From contig JAWSUI010000019.1 of assembly GCA_033551855.1 (NCBI GenBank), positions 1-61,529 on the forward strand: a DNA stretch of 61,529 nt. The letters run 5' to 3'. Below the pieces are notes generated by a model. The model was not told where the DNA came from. It saw only the letters and a program-made list of their open reading frames with translations, and did no database searches. Made by a program: the position numbers and the translations under genes. Shown in pieces: positions 16,702 to 25,390 of the stretch (positions are counted from its first letter, which is position 1; every line of letters begins with the position of its first letter). This stretch comes from Deferrisomatales bacterium. Its GTDB lineage: Bacteria; Desulfobacterota; Deferrisomatia; Deferrisomatales; JACRMM01.

Positions 16702-17966
16702 GGGAGCTCCGGGAACGGCTGCAGCGGCTGGGACGGGAAGGGAAGGCCGGGGCTCCGGAGGAGCTCCGCGCCCGACTCGACCGCCTGTTGGGGGCCGGCC
16801 GGGTGGTGCCCGCCGCCCAGATCCCCCCTCCGGCACCCGGGACCCCGGCGGCCGCCGTCGACCGCTTCGTCCCCGGCCGGCGCAGGCAGGCCCCCTCGGG
16901 CCCGGCCTTCGTGGCGGAGTGGACGGCCCCGACGGGCTACCTCCACGGATGCGTCCCGACGGTCGAGCTCGGGACGCTCCCCGGACCCGGGGCCCGGGCC
17001 CTCTTCCCCGAGCACCTGGGCGCGTTGGCGAACGCCTCCGAGGTGGCCTTCCTCGACACGGAGACGACGGGCCTTGCGGGGGGCGCCGGGACCGTGCCGT
17101 TCCTGGTGGGGGTCGCCCGCTGGGTGCCGGGCCGGGGCTTCCGGGTGGCCCAGCTCTTCCTGGAGGAGCTCGATCGGGAGCCGGCCCTCCTGGAAGCCCT
17201 GGCGGAAGAGCTGGCGGGGGTGCGCTGCCTGGTGACCTACAACGGCCGGGCCTACGACGGACCCCTCTTGGAGAACCGCTACGTCCTGAACCGCCGCCCC
17301 TGGCCCTTGGCCGGGGCGGCCCACCTGGACCTCCTCCACCCGGCCCGCACCCTCTGGCGGCGGGGGCACCCCGACTGCCGCCTGGCCACCCTGGAAGCCG
17401 GCATACTCGGCCACCGGCGGGTCGGCGACGTCCCGGGCGCCGAGATCCCGGCCCTGTACTACGGCTACCTCCGGCGGGGGGCCGACGAGGGCCTGGCCGC
17501 GGTGTTCCGCCACAATCGGGACGACCTCCTGAGCCTGGCCGGCCTCCTGTGGGCGGCGGACACCGCCCGCCGGACCCCGGCCCTGGGCCTGGGGCTCCTC
17601 CACAGCCGCCGGGGACGGCGGGAAGCGGCAGAGCCGTTCCTGGAAGCCGGTCTCCGTGAGGAGGCCCTGCCGAGGAGGGAGCGGGAACGTGGCCTGCGGG
17701 AGCTCCTCGCCGCCCGGAAGGCGGGGGGGCGTTGGGACGAGGCGTTGGAGGCCTGCGCCGAGCTGCGTCGGCTGCGACCCACCGACCCCTTCCCCGCAGT
17801 GGAGGCGGCCGTCCTACTCGAGCGGCGGCGGCGGGATCCGGCCGCGGCGCTGGCGCTCGTGGAGAACGCCCTGGAGGGGGGACCCTGGACCCCGGCGGAC
17901 CGGGAGGCGCTGGAACGCCGCGGGGAACGGCTCAGGCAGCGGGTTCGCCGCCTCCGGGGGGCTTGA
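16698..17966 (+). CDS. RNase H-like exonuclease with TPR-like tail (MrfB/YprB family)
   Basis: FLDTETTGLAGGAGT, TYNGRAYD, HLDLLH, DVPGAEIP, HNRDDLLSL. GTG 16698 overlaps the helicase stop. Confidence 0.88.
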   Translation: MRELRERLQRLGREGKAGAPEELRARLDRLLGAGRVVPAAQIPPPAPGTPAAAVDRFVPGRRRQAPSGPAFVAEWTAPTGYLHGCVPTVELGTLPGPGARALFPEHLGALANASEVAFLDTETTGLAGGAGTVPFLVGVARWVPGRGFRVAQLFLEELDREPALLEALAEELAGVRCLVTYNGRAYDGPLLENRYVLNRRPWPLAGAAHLDLLHPARTLWRRGHPDCRLATLEAGILGHRRVGDVPGAEIPALYYGYLRRGADEGLAAVFRHNRDDLLSLAGLLWAADTARRTPALGLGLLHSRRGRREAAEPFLEAGLREEALPRRERERGLRELLAARKAGGRWDEALEACAELRRLRPTDPFPAVEAAVLLERRRRDPAAALALVENALEGGPWTPADREALERRGERLRQRVRRLRGA

Positions 17967-19509
17967 GCCCCGGCTCCTCCGGAGGGTCGGCCGGCGGCAG
18001 CCGCACGCACACGCGGGTCCCCGTGCCCACGGCGCTCTCCGCCGAGAACACCCCCCCGTGGAGCTCCGTGATCCGGCGGGCCAGGGAGAGCCCCACACCC
18101 AGGCCCCCGCCGCCGGCCTTGGGTACGAAGCCCCGGAGAGCGGCGTCGAGGACCTCCGGCTCCATGCCGGCGCCCGTGTCGGAGACCACCACTTCCACTC
18201 CTCCGTCCGCTGCGCGCTGCACGATCACCGACACCTCCCCCTGGTCGGTGTGGCGCACCGCGTTCTCCACGAGGTTGAAGACCACGTTGCGCAGCGCCGC
18301 GGCCTCCCCCAGGACCGGCGGGCACCCGCGCTCCAGCCGCAGCACCACCTCCACCGGCTTGTCCGCGGCGAGGCGCCGGCCCGCCTCCACCACCGACTCG
18401 GCCACGTCCTCGACCCGGATCCGGTCGATGCACAGGAAGCGCCGTTGACTTTCCAAGCGGGCCAGCTCCAGCAGGTTCTCCACCAGATGGAGGAGGCGCG
18501 CCCCGTTCCGGCGGATGGTCTCGATGTCCCGCCGCTGCTCCGGGGCGAGCTCGCCCTCGATCCCGTCCAGCAGGAGGTCCGCGTACCCGATGACCGCCTG
18601 GAGCGGCGTGGCGAGCTCGTGGCTGATCCCCGCCATGAACTCGGTCTTCACCTGGTCGCTCTCCTGGGCGGCTCCCAGGGCCACCTGGAGGTCCGCGGTG
18701 CGGGCCGATACCTGGGCCTCGAGGTTGCGGTTGAGGGCTTCCAGGTCGGTGCGCGCCCGGGCCAGAGCCCCGATCATGATGTCGAAGGCGCCCAGGAGCT
18801 CGCCCCACTCGTCGGTCCTGCGCAGCCGGCTCCGGGCCGTGAGGTCGCTCCGCCCGACGGCCCGCACCAGGCGCAGGCACTCCGCCAGCGGCCTCTCGAA
18901 GACCCACCGGAGGAGTAGGAGCAGGGGAAGCGCGGCGGCGGCGAGCACCAGGAGGCCCCCGGCCACCGCCCTCCCGGCGAGGCTGAGCACGTGGCCCTCG
19001 ATGTGGGAGACGTCGGTCTCCACCTCGAGCACGCCGAGCAGGCGTTCCCCGGCGGTGTGGCAGCCGGGGCCCAAGCAGTCGGGCTCCGTGTGGATCGGCG
19101 CGTACAGGCGCAAGGTTTCCCCCTCGCGGTGCAGGCAGGGGCCGGCCTCCGCGGAGAGATCCCGGGAGTCGGGGTGGCAGGCGGTGCAGCCCTGTCCGGC
19201 CAGGTCCAGGTCCGGGGCCTCGCCACCGAGGGGATGGCGGTACTCGCCCCGCCCGTCGTAGACGCGAATCCCTCGAACCCCGGCCTGCTGGGAGACGGAG
19301 TCCAGAATGGCGTCCACGTCCTCCCGGCTGAAGGTCAGCATGGCGTGGCGCGTGGCCCGGCGCACGGTGTCGGCGAAGGCCACCGCGTAGTTCTCGGACT
19401 CCTTCCAGAGGTCCCTGGCTGCCAGCCTCACGACGGCGATCGAGGACACCGTCACCACGGGCAGGAGACACAGGACGCTGAGGATCGCGATGCGGTAACG
19501 CAGCGGCAA
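17932..19509 (-). CDS. Membrane sensor histidine kinase with periplasmic heme-c motifs and HAMP domain
   Basis: Two TM segments; periplasmic CTACH and CLGPGCH; HAMP DEWGEL; H box ISHELATPL; N box NLVENAVRH; DTGAGM; GLGVGL. Confidence 0.88.
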   Translation of the reverse strand: MPLRYRIAILSVLCLLPVVTVSSIAVVRLAARDLWKESENYAVAFADTVRRATRHAMLTFSREDVDAILDSVSQQAGVRGIRVYDGRGEYRHPLGGEAPDLDLAGQGCTACHPDSRDLSAEAGPCLHREGETLRLYAPIHTEPDCLGPGCHTAGERLLGVLEVETDVSHIEGHVLSLAGRAVAGGLLVLAAAALPLLLLLRWVFERPLAECLRLVRAVGRSDLTARSRLRRTDEWGELLGAFDIMIGALARARTDLEALNRNLEAQVSARTADLQVALGAAQESDQVKTEFMAGISHELATPLQAVIGYADLLLDGIEGELAPEQRRDIETIRRNGARLLHLVENLLELARLESQRRFLCIDRIRVEDVAESVVEAGRRLAADKPVEVVLRLERGCPPVLGEAAALRNVVFNLVENAVRHTDQGEVSVIVQRAADGGVEVVVSDTGAGMEPEVLDAALRGFVPKAGGGGLGVGLSLARRITELHGGVFSAESAVGTGTRVCVRLPPADPPEEPGLKPPGGGEPAA

Positions 19510-19656
19510 GGGCGCTCGCTCCTTCCGGTTCCGGGGGGGGCGGAGCAGGGGCAGTCTACCACGTCCCGGGGCCGAAAGAGCGCACCCCTCGTCCCTCGCC
19601 CGGCCCCGGGGCCTCGCCGGGAACGGGCCGCGCAGCGGGAGGCGGCACCGGCAGGG

Positions 19657-20031
19657 TCAGGGGAGCGGGCGGTCCGTGTGGGCCCGGTCGGTCATCCGCA
19701 GCGCCTCGGCGGGCCGCACGACCAAGCGGTAGCGGACCTGGGGGACGTCCTCCGACGCCAGGCCGTAGCCGTCGAGAACGGCATCGACGCTCTTCTCCTC
19801 CACGGTCCCGACGAGTTGGACCCCGTCGGGGCCCAGGCCCACCGCGAGGGCCACTCTGCGGTTGGCATCGAGGTTGGCGAGGGTCCGCGGGCACAGCCAG
19901 CCCCGGAACAGCACCCCGCCCGACGCCTGCCCTTCCACCTCCCCGACGGCCAGGTGGGGGACCCCCCCTTCGTCAGCGGTGGCCAGGTAGGCGGTCTTCC
20001 CCTCCAGGGACGCCGGCAGCGATCGCGTCAT
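19657..20031 (-). CDS. Pyridoxamine 5'-phosphate oxidase-like FMN-binding family protein
   Basis: YLATADEGGVPH, RTLANLDANRRVALAV, GVQLVG; GGAGAG RBS. Confidence 0.75.
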   Translation of the reverse strand: MTRSLPASLEGKTAYLATADEGGVPHLAVGEVEGQASGGVLFRGWLCPRTLANLDANRRVALAVGLGPDGVQLVGTVEEKSVDAVLDGYGLASEDVPQVRYRLVVRPAEALRMTDRAHTDRPLP

Positions 20032-20058
20032 GGCGCTCTCTCCTGGGATTCCCTGGAT

Positions 20059-21426
20059 TCAGGCCCCGACCAGGAACCGATCCGGGTCCTCCAGGTTTCG
20101 GACGACGTTCCCGAGGAAGTGCTGGGCGGTGGCGCCGTCCACCACCCGGTGATCGAAGGTGAGGGACAAAGGGAGGGTCTTCTCGACCTTCAGGGCCCCC
20201 GCCACCGCCACGGGCCGGTCCGCGGCGCGCCCGAGCCCCAGCAGGGCCGCCTCCGGGGGATGGAGTATGGGCGTTGCGTAGAGGCCGCCGATGGCTCCGT
20301 AATTGCTGACGGTGAAGGTGCCCCCGCGCAGTTCCTCGAGCCCCAGGGTGCGGGCCCGGCCCCGGGCCGAGAGGTCCTGGAGCTCGCGGGCCACCTCGAG
20401 GACCGACTTTCGGTCCGCGTCCCGGACCACCGGGACCAGGAGCCCGTCCCGAGTCTCCACGGCCACGCCCACGTGGTAATAGCCCTTGAGGACGACCTCC
20501 CCCGCCTCGTCGTCGTACGCCGCGTTGAGCCACGAGTCCCGCTTCAGGGCGGAGACCGCGGCCTTGATCACGAAGGGCAGGAGAGTCAGGTGCACCCCGA
20601 GCTCCGCCGCCGCCGCCGCCTTCTCCTTCTGCCAGATGTGCCACAGGAGGCCCACCCTCGCCTCGTCCGTGGTGGTGACCTGGGCCGCGGCACCCAGGGA
20701 GCGGACCATGGCCTCCGCCACCTTCCGCCGCACCCCCCGCAAGGGCACCCGCTCCACCGGGCCCCAGGCATCCTCGTCCGCTCGCCCTTCGGGGGGGGTC
20801 ACTTCCCGGCCCGGCCGACCCCGGTCGGCGGCTCGGCGGAGGTCGGCCTCCGTCACCCTGCCGCCGGGCCCGGTACCCCGAAGGGCGTCCGGATCGATGC
20901 CGAGCCGACGTGCCAGGATCCGGTCCCGGGGGAGGATCGGGGCCCTGGCCCGCGAGAGCGGTCCGGGCGTCACGCCGGGGGTCACGCCTCCCGGCGGGGC
21001 CTCCGCGTCGTCCGGAGCCTCCTCCAGCTCCCCCACCACCCCCACCGAGCCGCGGGCCACGGGCACCGAAGGGGGCTCGGCCCGGGGGGGAAGCCCGTGC
21101 CGGGGGCGGCCCCCGGGGATCGGGACGTCGGGCACCCCGGCGTCCTCCCGGTCCCCGGGGGATGGAGTGGCCTCAACGGTCCCCTCGCCGTCCTCGTCGA
21201 TCACCGCCAGCACCTCGCCCACGGGGATCACGTCGCCGGGGGCGCCCCGGGTGGCGCGGACCACTCCGGCCACGGGGGACGGGAGCTCCACCACCGCCTT
21301 GTCGGTCTCCACCACCACGAGGGTCTGGTGGGCCTCGACCACGTCGCCGGGCCGGACCTTCCACTCCACGATCTCGCCTTCGGCGATGCCCTCTCCCACA
21401 TCGGGAAACCGGAATTCGAATGGCAT
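20059..21426 (-). CDS. pdhC: 2-oxoacid dehydrogenase E2 (dihydrolipoamide acyltransferase)
   Basis: FRFPDVGEGI, lipoyl VETDKAV, E3-binding GTGPGGRV, catalytic TFDHRVVDG. PDH vs BCKDH specificity not resolvable. Confidence 0.88.
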   Translation of the reverse strand: MPFEFRFPDVGEGIAEGEIVEWKVRPGDVVEAHQTLVVVETDKAVVELPSPVAGVVRATRGAPGDVIPVGEVLAVIDEDGEGTVEATPSPGDREDAGVPDVPIPGGRPRHGLPPRAEPPSVPVARGSVGVVGELEEAPDDAEAPPGGVTPGVTPGPLSRARAPILPRDRILARRLGIDPDALRGTGPGGRVTEADLRRAADRGRPGREVTPPEGRADEDAWGPVERVPLRGVRRKVAEAMVRSLGAAAQVTTTDEARVGLLWHIWQKEKAAAAAELGVHLTLLPFVIKAAVSALKRDSWLNAAYDDEAGEVVLKGYYHVGVAVETRDGLLVPVVRDADRKSVLEVARELQDLSARGRARTLGLEELRGGTFTVSNYGAIGGLYATPILHPPEAALLGLGRAADRPVAVAGALKVEKTLPLSLTFDHRVVDGATAQHFLGNVVRNLEDPDRFLVGA

Positions 21427-21431
21427 GGGTC

Positions 21432-21501
21432 GGTTGTCCGTTGTCGGTTGCGGGTTGGGGATCCGATGGGACCTATGGGGCACATGGGACCTATGGAACA
21501 G
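21432..21501. repeat. Four 7-mer (SGTTGNN) plus four 9-mer (ATGGRNCNN) tandem units between E1-beta and E2
   Basis: GGTTGTC CGTTGTC GGTTGCG GGTTGGG, then ATGGGACCT ATGGGGCAC ATGGGACCT ATGGAACAG. Confidence 0.8.
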
Positions 21502-21548
21502 GGGCGAGGCCGAGGTTCGCACCCCCGTCACGCGTCACTGGTCGCGCC

Positions 21549-22526
21549 TCAAAACGCCGTGGCCCTCCTCACGCCCGCGGCGATCCGCTCGGCGCCGGGC
21601 AGGTAGTGGTGCTCGAGCTTCGCCAGGGGCACCACCGTGTCGAACCCCGTCACCCGCACGACGGGGGCCAGGAGGTGGACCAGGGCCTCCTCCGTGACCC
21701 GGGCGGAGAGCTCGGCCCCGAGCCCGCAGGTGCGGGGGGCCTCGTGGGCCACGACGACACGGCCCGTCTTCACCGCCGAGGCGACGACCGTCTCGGCGTC
21801 GAGAGGCGCGAGGGTCCGCAGGTCGATCACCTCGACCGAGACTCCGTCACCAGCCAGGAGATCCGCCGCAGCCAGGGCTTCGCGGACGAGCGCCCCCCAG
21901 GCCACCACCGTGGCGTCCGACCCCTCCCGGACCACCGCTGCCTGCCCGATGGGCACCAGGAACTCCTTCTCGGGCACTTCCTGCTTGATGGCGCGGTAGA
22001 TCCTCTTGGGCTCGCAGAAGACCACCGGGTCCGGGTGCCGCAGCGCTGCCGTGAGGAGGCCCTTTGCATCGTAGGGGTTCGAGGGCGTCACGACCGTGAG
22101 CCCGGGGGTGTGGGCCAGAAGGGCCTCGGGGGCGTCCGAGTGGTGCTCGGGGGCGTGGATCCCGCCCCCCCAGGGGCAGCGGAGCACGAGACGCACCGGC
22201 CTGCCCCCCCGGGTCCGGGTCCGGTAGCGGGCGATGTGGTTGCAGAGCTGGTTCAGCGCCGGGTAGAGGAATCCCTCGAACTGGATCTCGGGCACCGGAA
22301 GCATGCCGCCGAGGGACAGCCCAAGGGCCGCACCCACGATGCCGGCCTCCGCAAGCGGGGTGTCCACGACCCGTTCCGGTCCGTACTTGTCCTGGAGGCC
22401 CTCGGTCACCCGGAAGACGCCTCCCTCTCCCCCCACATCCTCCCCCAGGAGGACGACCCGGTCGTTGCGGGCCATCTCCTGGTCCAGGGCGAGGTTCAGC
22501 GCGGACACCAGGTTGAGCCTAGCCAC
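21549..22526 (-). CDS. pdhB: 2-oxoacid dehydrogenase E1 beta subunit
   Basis: GEDVGGEGGVFR, DTPLAEAGI, EIQF, EHHS, DAKGLL, EPKRIY, IDLRTL. GTG 22526 after GGAGG. Confidence 0.92.
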   Translation of the reverse strand: MARLNLVSALNLALDQEMARNDRVVLLGEDVGGEGGVFRVTEGLQDKYGPERVVDTPLAEAGIVGAALGLSLGGMLPVPEIQFEGFLYPALNQLCNHIARYRTRTRGGRPVRLVLRCPWGGGIHAPEHHSDAPEALLAHTPGLTVVTPSNPYDAKGLLTAALRHPDPVVFCEPKRIYRAIKQEVPEKEFLVPIGQAAVVREGSDATVVAWGALVREALAAADLLAGDGVSVEVIDLRTLAPLDAETVVASAVKTGRVVVAHEAPRTCGLGAELSARVTEEALVHLLAPVVRVTGFDTVVPLAKLEHHYLPGAERIAAGVRRATAF

Positions 22527-23604
22527 CGGAGGCCTCCTCTCCGAGGAACTGCAGGAACGCCTCTTTCTGGCGCCGCAGATCCGGCGGGAGCTCGGCATAG
22601 GTGTAGTCGAAGATCCCTGCCGGGTCGGGCTCCGGCAGGGAGTAGGCCTCGGCCACCGCGCGGTCCACCTCCTCCCGGACCGAGGCCTCGAGGGCCACCT
22701 CGTCCTCCTCGGACCAGAGTCCCCGGCCCTCCAGGTACCGGCGCACCCGCAGCAAGGGGTCGAAGGCCCGCATGCGGGCCACCTCGGTGTCGTCGCGGTA
22801 CCGGGTGGGGTCGTCGGCCGTGGTGTGGGGACCCAGGCGGTAGGTGAGCGCCTCCACGAGGGCCGGACCCTGCCCCGACCGCGCCCGGTCCAGAGCCTCG
22901 CCCACCGCGCCCAGCACAGCCAGCAGGTCGTTGCCGTAGACCTGGATCCCCGGGAAGCCGAAGGCCACGGCCTTCTGGGCGATGGTCCGGGCGGCGGTCT
23001 GGCGCTTCCGGGGCACGCTGATGGCGTACTGGTTGTTCTGGCAGAAAAAGACGGTGGGCGTACCGAAGACCCCGGCGAAGTTCATGGCCTCGAGCACCTC
23101 GCCCTCGGAGGTGGCCCCGTCCCCGAAGTACACCAAGACCGCCGAGGCCTCCCCGCGCAGCTTCATGGCCCAGCCGAGCCCCACGGCGTGCAGGGCCTGA
23201 CTCCCCACCGGGATGGAGACCGGCAGGACGCGCAGCTCCTCGGGCCACACGCTGCCCCGCTCGTCCCCGATCCAGTACCGGTATAGCGTGGCCAGGGGCA
23301 CCCCGCGCAGCCACATGGCCCCCGTCTCCCGGTAGGACGGCACGAGCCAATCGGATGCTCCCAGCGCATCGGCCGCCAACTGGCACGCCTCCTGACCCTC
23401 CATGGGCGCGTAGGTTCCCATCCGGCCCTCCCGCTGGAGCTTCAGGGCCATCCGGTCGGCGGCCCGGATGGCGTGCAAGCGGCCGTAGAGGCGGCGGACG
23501 CGGTCGTCCGTGACCGGGGGGCGGAGCGACTCCTCCACCCGACCGTCGGCGTCGAGGATCTCGAGCCTCTCGCCCCTCAAGGGATCGAAGCGCTCCAGGT
23601 ACAT
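22519..23604 (-). CDS. pdhA: 2-oxoacid dehydrogenase E1 alpha subunit
   Basis: LQREGR, GQEA, PSYRE, TPP motif FGDGATSEG...NNQYAIS, TYRLGPHTTADDP. Confidence 0.92.
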   Translation of the reverse strand: MYLERFDPLRGERLEILDADGRVEESLRPPVTDDRVRRLYGRLHAIRAADRMALKLQREGRMGTYAPMEGQEACQLAADALGASDWLVPSYRETGAMWLRGVPLATLYRYWIGDERGSVWPEELRVLPVSIPVGSQALHAVGLGWAMKLRGEASAVLVYFGDGATSEGEVLEAMNFAGVFGTPTVFFCQNNQYAISVPRKRQTAARTIAQKAVAFGFPGIQVYGNDLLAVLGAVGEALDRARSGQGPALVEALTYRLGPHTTADDPTRYRDDTEVARMRAFDPLLRVRRYLEGRGLWSEEDEVALEASVREEVDRAVAEAYSLPEPDPAGIFDYTYAELPPDLRRQKEAFLQFLGEEASGG

Positions 23605-23797
23605 GGGCTCTCCCGAGCGGCGCAGGTTCCCTGCCGCGTCACCCGACAGGGTAGCGTTTCATCCGAGCGCGTCAAACCTGTTCGGAAAACCGATTCCCTT
23701 GCAGCGGAGCCCGGTGCCGGTATGGTTCCGAGGTCCGCGTCCCCGGTCCCGCGGGAAGCGCCCTCACCCCCCGCGCATCCGTCCACAGGAAGGGTCC

Positions 23798-25024
23798 ATG
23801 CCCGACATCGCCCGCATCCGGAACGCCCTGGGGGTCCTCCGGGCCCACCTGCCGCCCTCCCCCCTGCTCCTCTCGGAGCACTTCAGCCAAGTCACGGGGG
23901 CCCAGGTCTACCTGAAGCTGGAGAACCTGCAGCGTACCGGCTCCTTCAAGGTGCGTGGGGCGCTGTTCAAGCTCTCCCGCTGCCGGGAGGGCGTGGGCCC
24001 CAAGGGGGTGGTCGCCGCCTCCGCGGGGAACCACGCCCAGGGGGTGGCCCTAGCCGCGAAGTGGGTGGGCGTGCCCGCCACGGTGGTGATGCCCCGGGGG
24101 GCCCCGATCTCCAAGCAACTCGCCGCCCGGGGCTATGGGGCCGAGGTCCTCCTCCACGGGCGCTCCGTGGCCGAGGCTCTCGAGAGGGCCGCGGAGCTCG
24201 CCGCGCAGGGGTACACCTTCGTGCACCCCTACGACGACGAGGACGTGGTGGCCGGCCAGGGGACGGTGGGGCTCGAGATCCTGGAGCAGGTGTCGCGGCT
24301 CGACGAGATCTGGGTTCCGGTGGGCGGCGGCGGGTTGATCGTGGGAATCGCGCAGGCGGTTTCCTGCAGGCCCGGGGTGCGGGTCGTCGGCGTCCAGTCG
24401 GAGGCGTGCCCCTCTGCCCTCTTGGCCCTGCAGGCGGGGCGTCCGATGGATGTGACGCCGGCCCGCAGCATCGCGGACGGCATCCTGGTCTCCCGGGTCG
24501 GCACGGTCACGTATCCGGTCCTGGCCTCTTCGGTGGCGGAGGTCCTCCAAGTGGCCGAGGACCGAATCGCCATGGCCATCGTGCAGCTCCTCGAGAAGAA
24601 GAAGGTGCTGGCGGAGGGAGCCGGCGCCGCCGCTCTGGCGGCCCTCCTGGCCGCCCCCCCCGACAGGGTCCGGGGGAAGCGGATCGCCGTGGTGGTGAGC
24701 GGCGGGAACGTGGACCTGAACGTGCTCGACCGCATCCTGGAGCAGGGCCTCATCCGTACCGGCCGCATCCTGCGCTTCGCCGTGGTGCTCGACGACGTGC
24801 CGGGCTCCCTGGGGACCCTGCTGTCGGTGGTCGGCGAGGAGCAGGCCAACATCCTCCACATCTTTCACGACCGCCTCGGTGTGGACCTGCCTCTGGGCCG
24901 CACCCGGGTCGAGGTGAGCGTCGAGACCCGGGGGGAGGACCACATCGACGCCCTGTGCCGTGCCCTCTCGGCACGGGGGTTCGCCGTGGAACCCCGGGGC
25001 CTTCCTTGTGGCCCGGCCCGGTAG
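23798..25024 (+). CDS. ilvA: Threonine ammonia-lyase with C-terminal ACT domain
   Basis: LKLENLQRTGSFKVRGA, SAGNHAQG, HPYDD, GQGT, PVGGGGL, SGGNVD, ACT DVPGSL. Confidence 0.92.
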   Translation: MPDIARIRNALGVLRAHLPPSPLLLSEHFSQVTGAQVYLKLENLQRTGSFKVRGALFKLSRCREGVGPKGVVAASAGNHAQGVALAAKWVGVPATVVMPRGAPISKQLAARGYGAEVLLHGRSVAEALERAAELAAQGYTFVHPYDDEDVVAGQGTVGLEILEQVSRLDEIWVPVGGGGLIVGIAQAVSCRPGVRVVGVQSEACPSALLALQAGRPMDVTPARSIADGILVSRVGTVTYPVLASSVAEVLQVAEDRIAMAIVQLLEKKKVLAEGAGAAALAALLAAPPDRVRGKRIAVVVSGGNVDLNVLDRILEQGLIRTGRILRFAVVLDDVPGSLGTLLSVVGEEQANILHIFHDRLGVDLPLGRTRVEVSVETRGEDHIDALCRALSARGFAVEPRGLPCGPAR

Positions 25025-25177
25025 GGATCGACGCCCCCCCCGCCCCCCCCCGGAGACCCGAGAAGGAGCAGGGAGTCGGGGCGAACTCGGGCTGCGGTGA
25101 GAGCCGCGAGAAAGTTCCCCTCGGGACCGGGAAACACCGATTTCAGTCGAGCTCCTCTGCGGGACAACCGGTCAACC

Positions 25178-25379
25178 TGTGGATAACTTCCGTTGACTTC
25201 CCAAATGCGCCCGTGAGGCAAGCGCTTTTCGGCCCACACCGCCAAAAAAGCCTTCCAAATCAACATTCCCGTTGAGTGCACAAGATTTCATCGCCGACGG
25301 GGCAACCCCCGAATGGCCGGGGATGGCCGCCGGCCTCCCCAGGGTTTCCCACAGGTTATCCACACCGCGCTGTGGAGGG
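25178..25379 (-). promoter_or_regulatory. DnaA-box cluster (module 2) between convergent genes
   Basis: Perfect TGTGGATAA 25178-25186 and TTATCCACA 25356-25364; TTTCCCACA 25345-25353; TGTGGAGGG 25371-25379; AT-richer interior. Confidence 0.75.
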
Positions 25380-25390
25380 GGACCCCTGGT

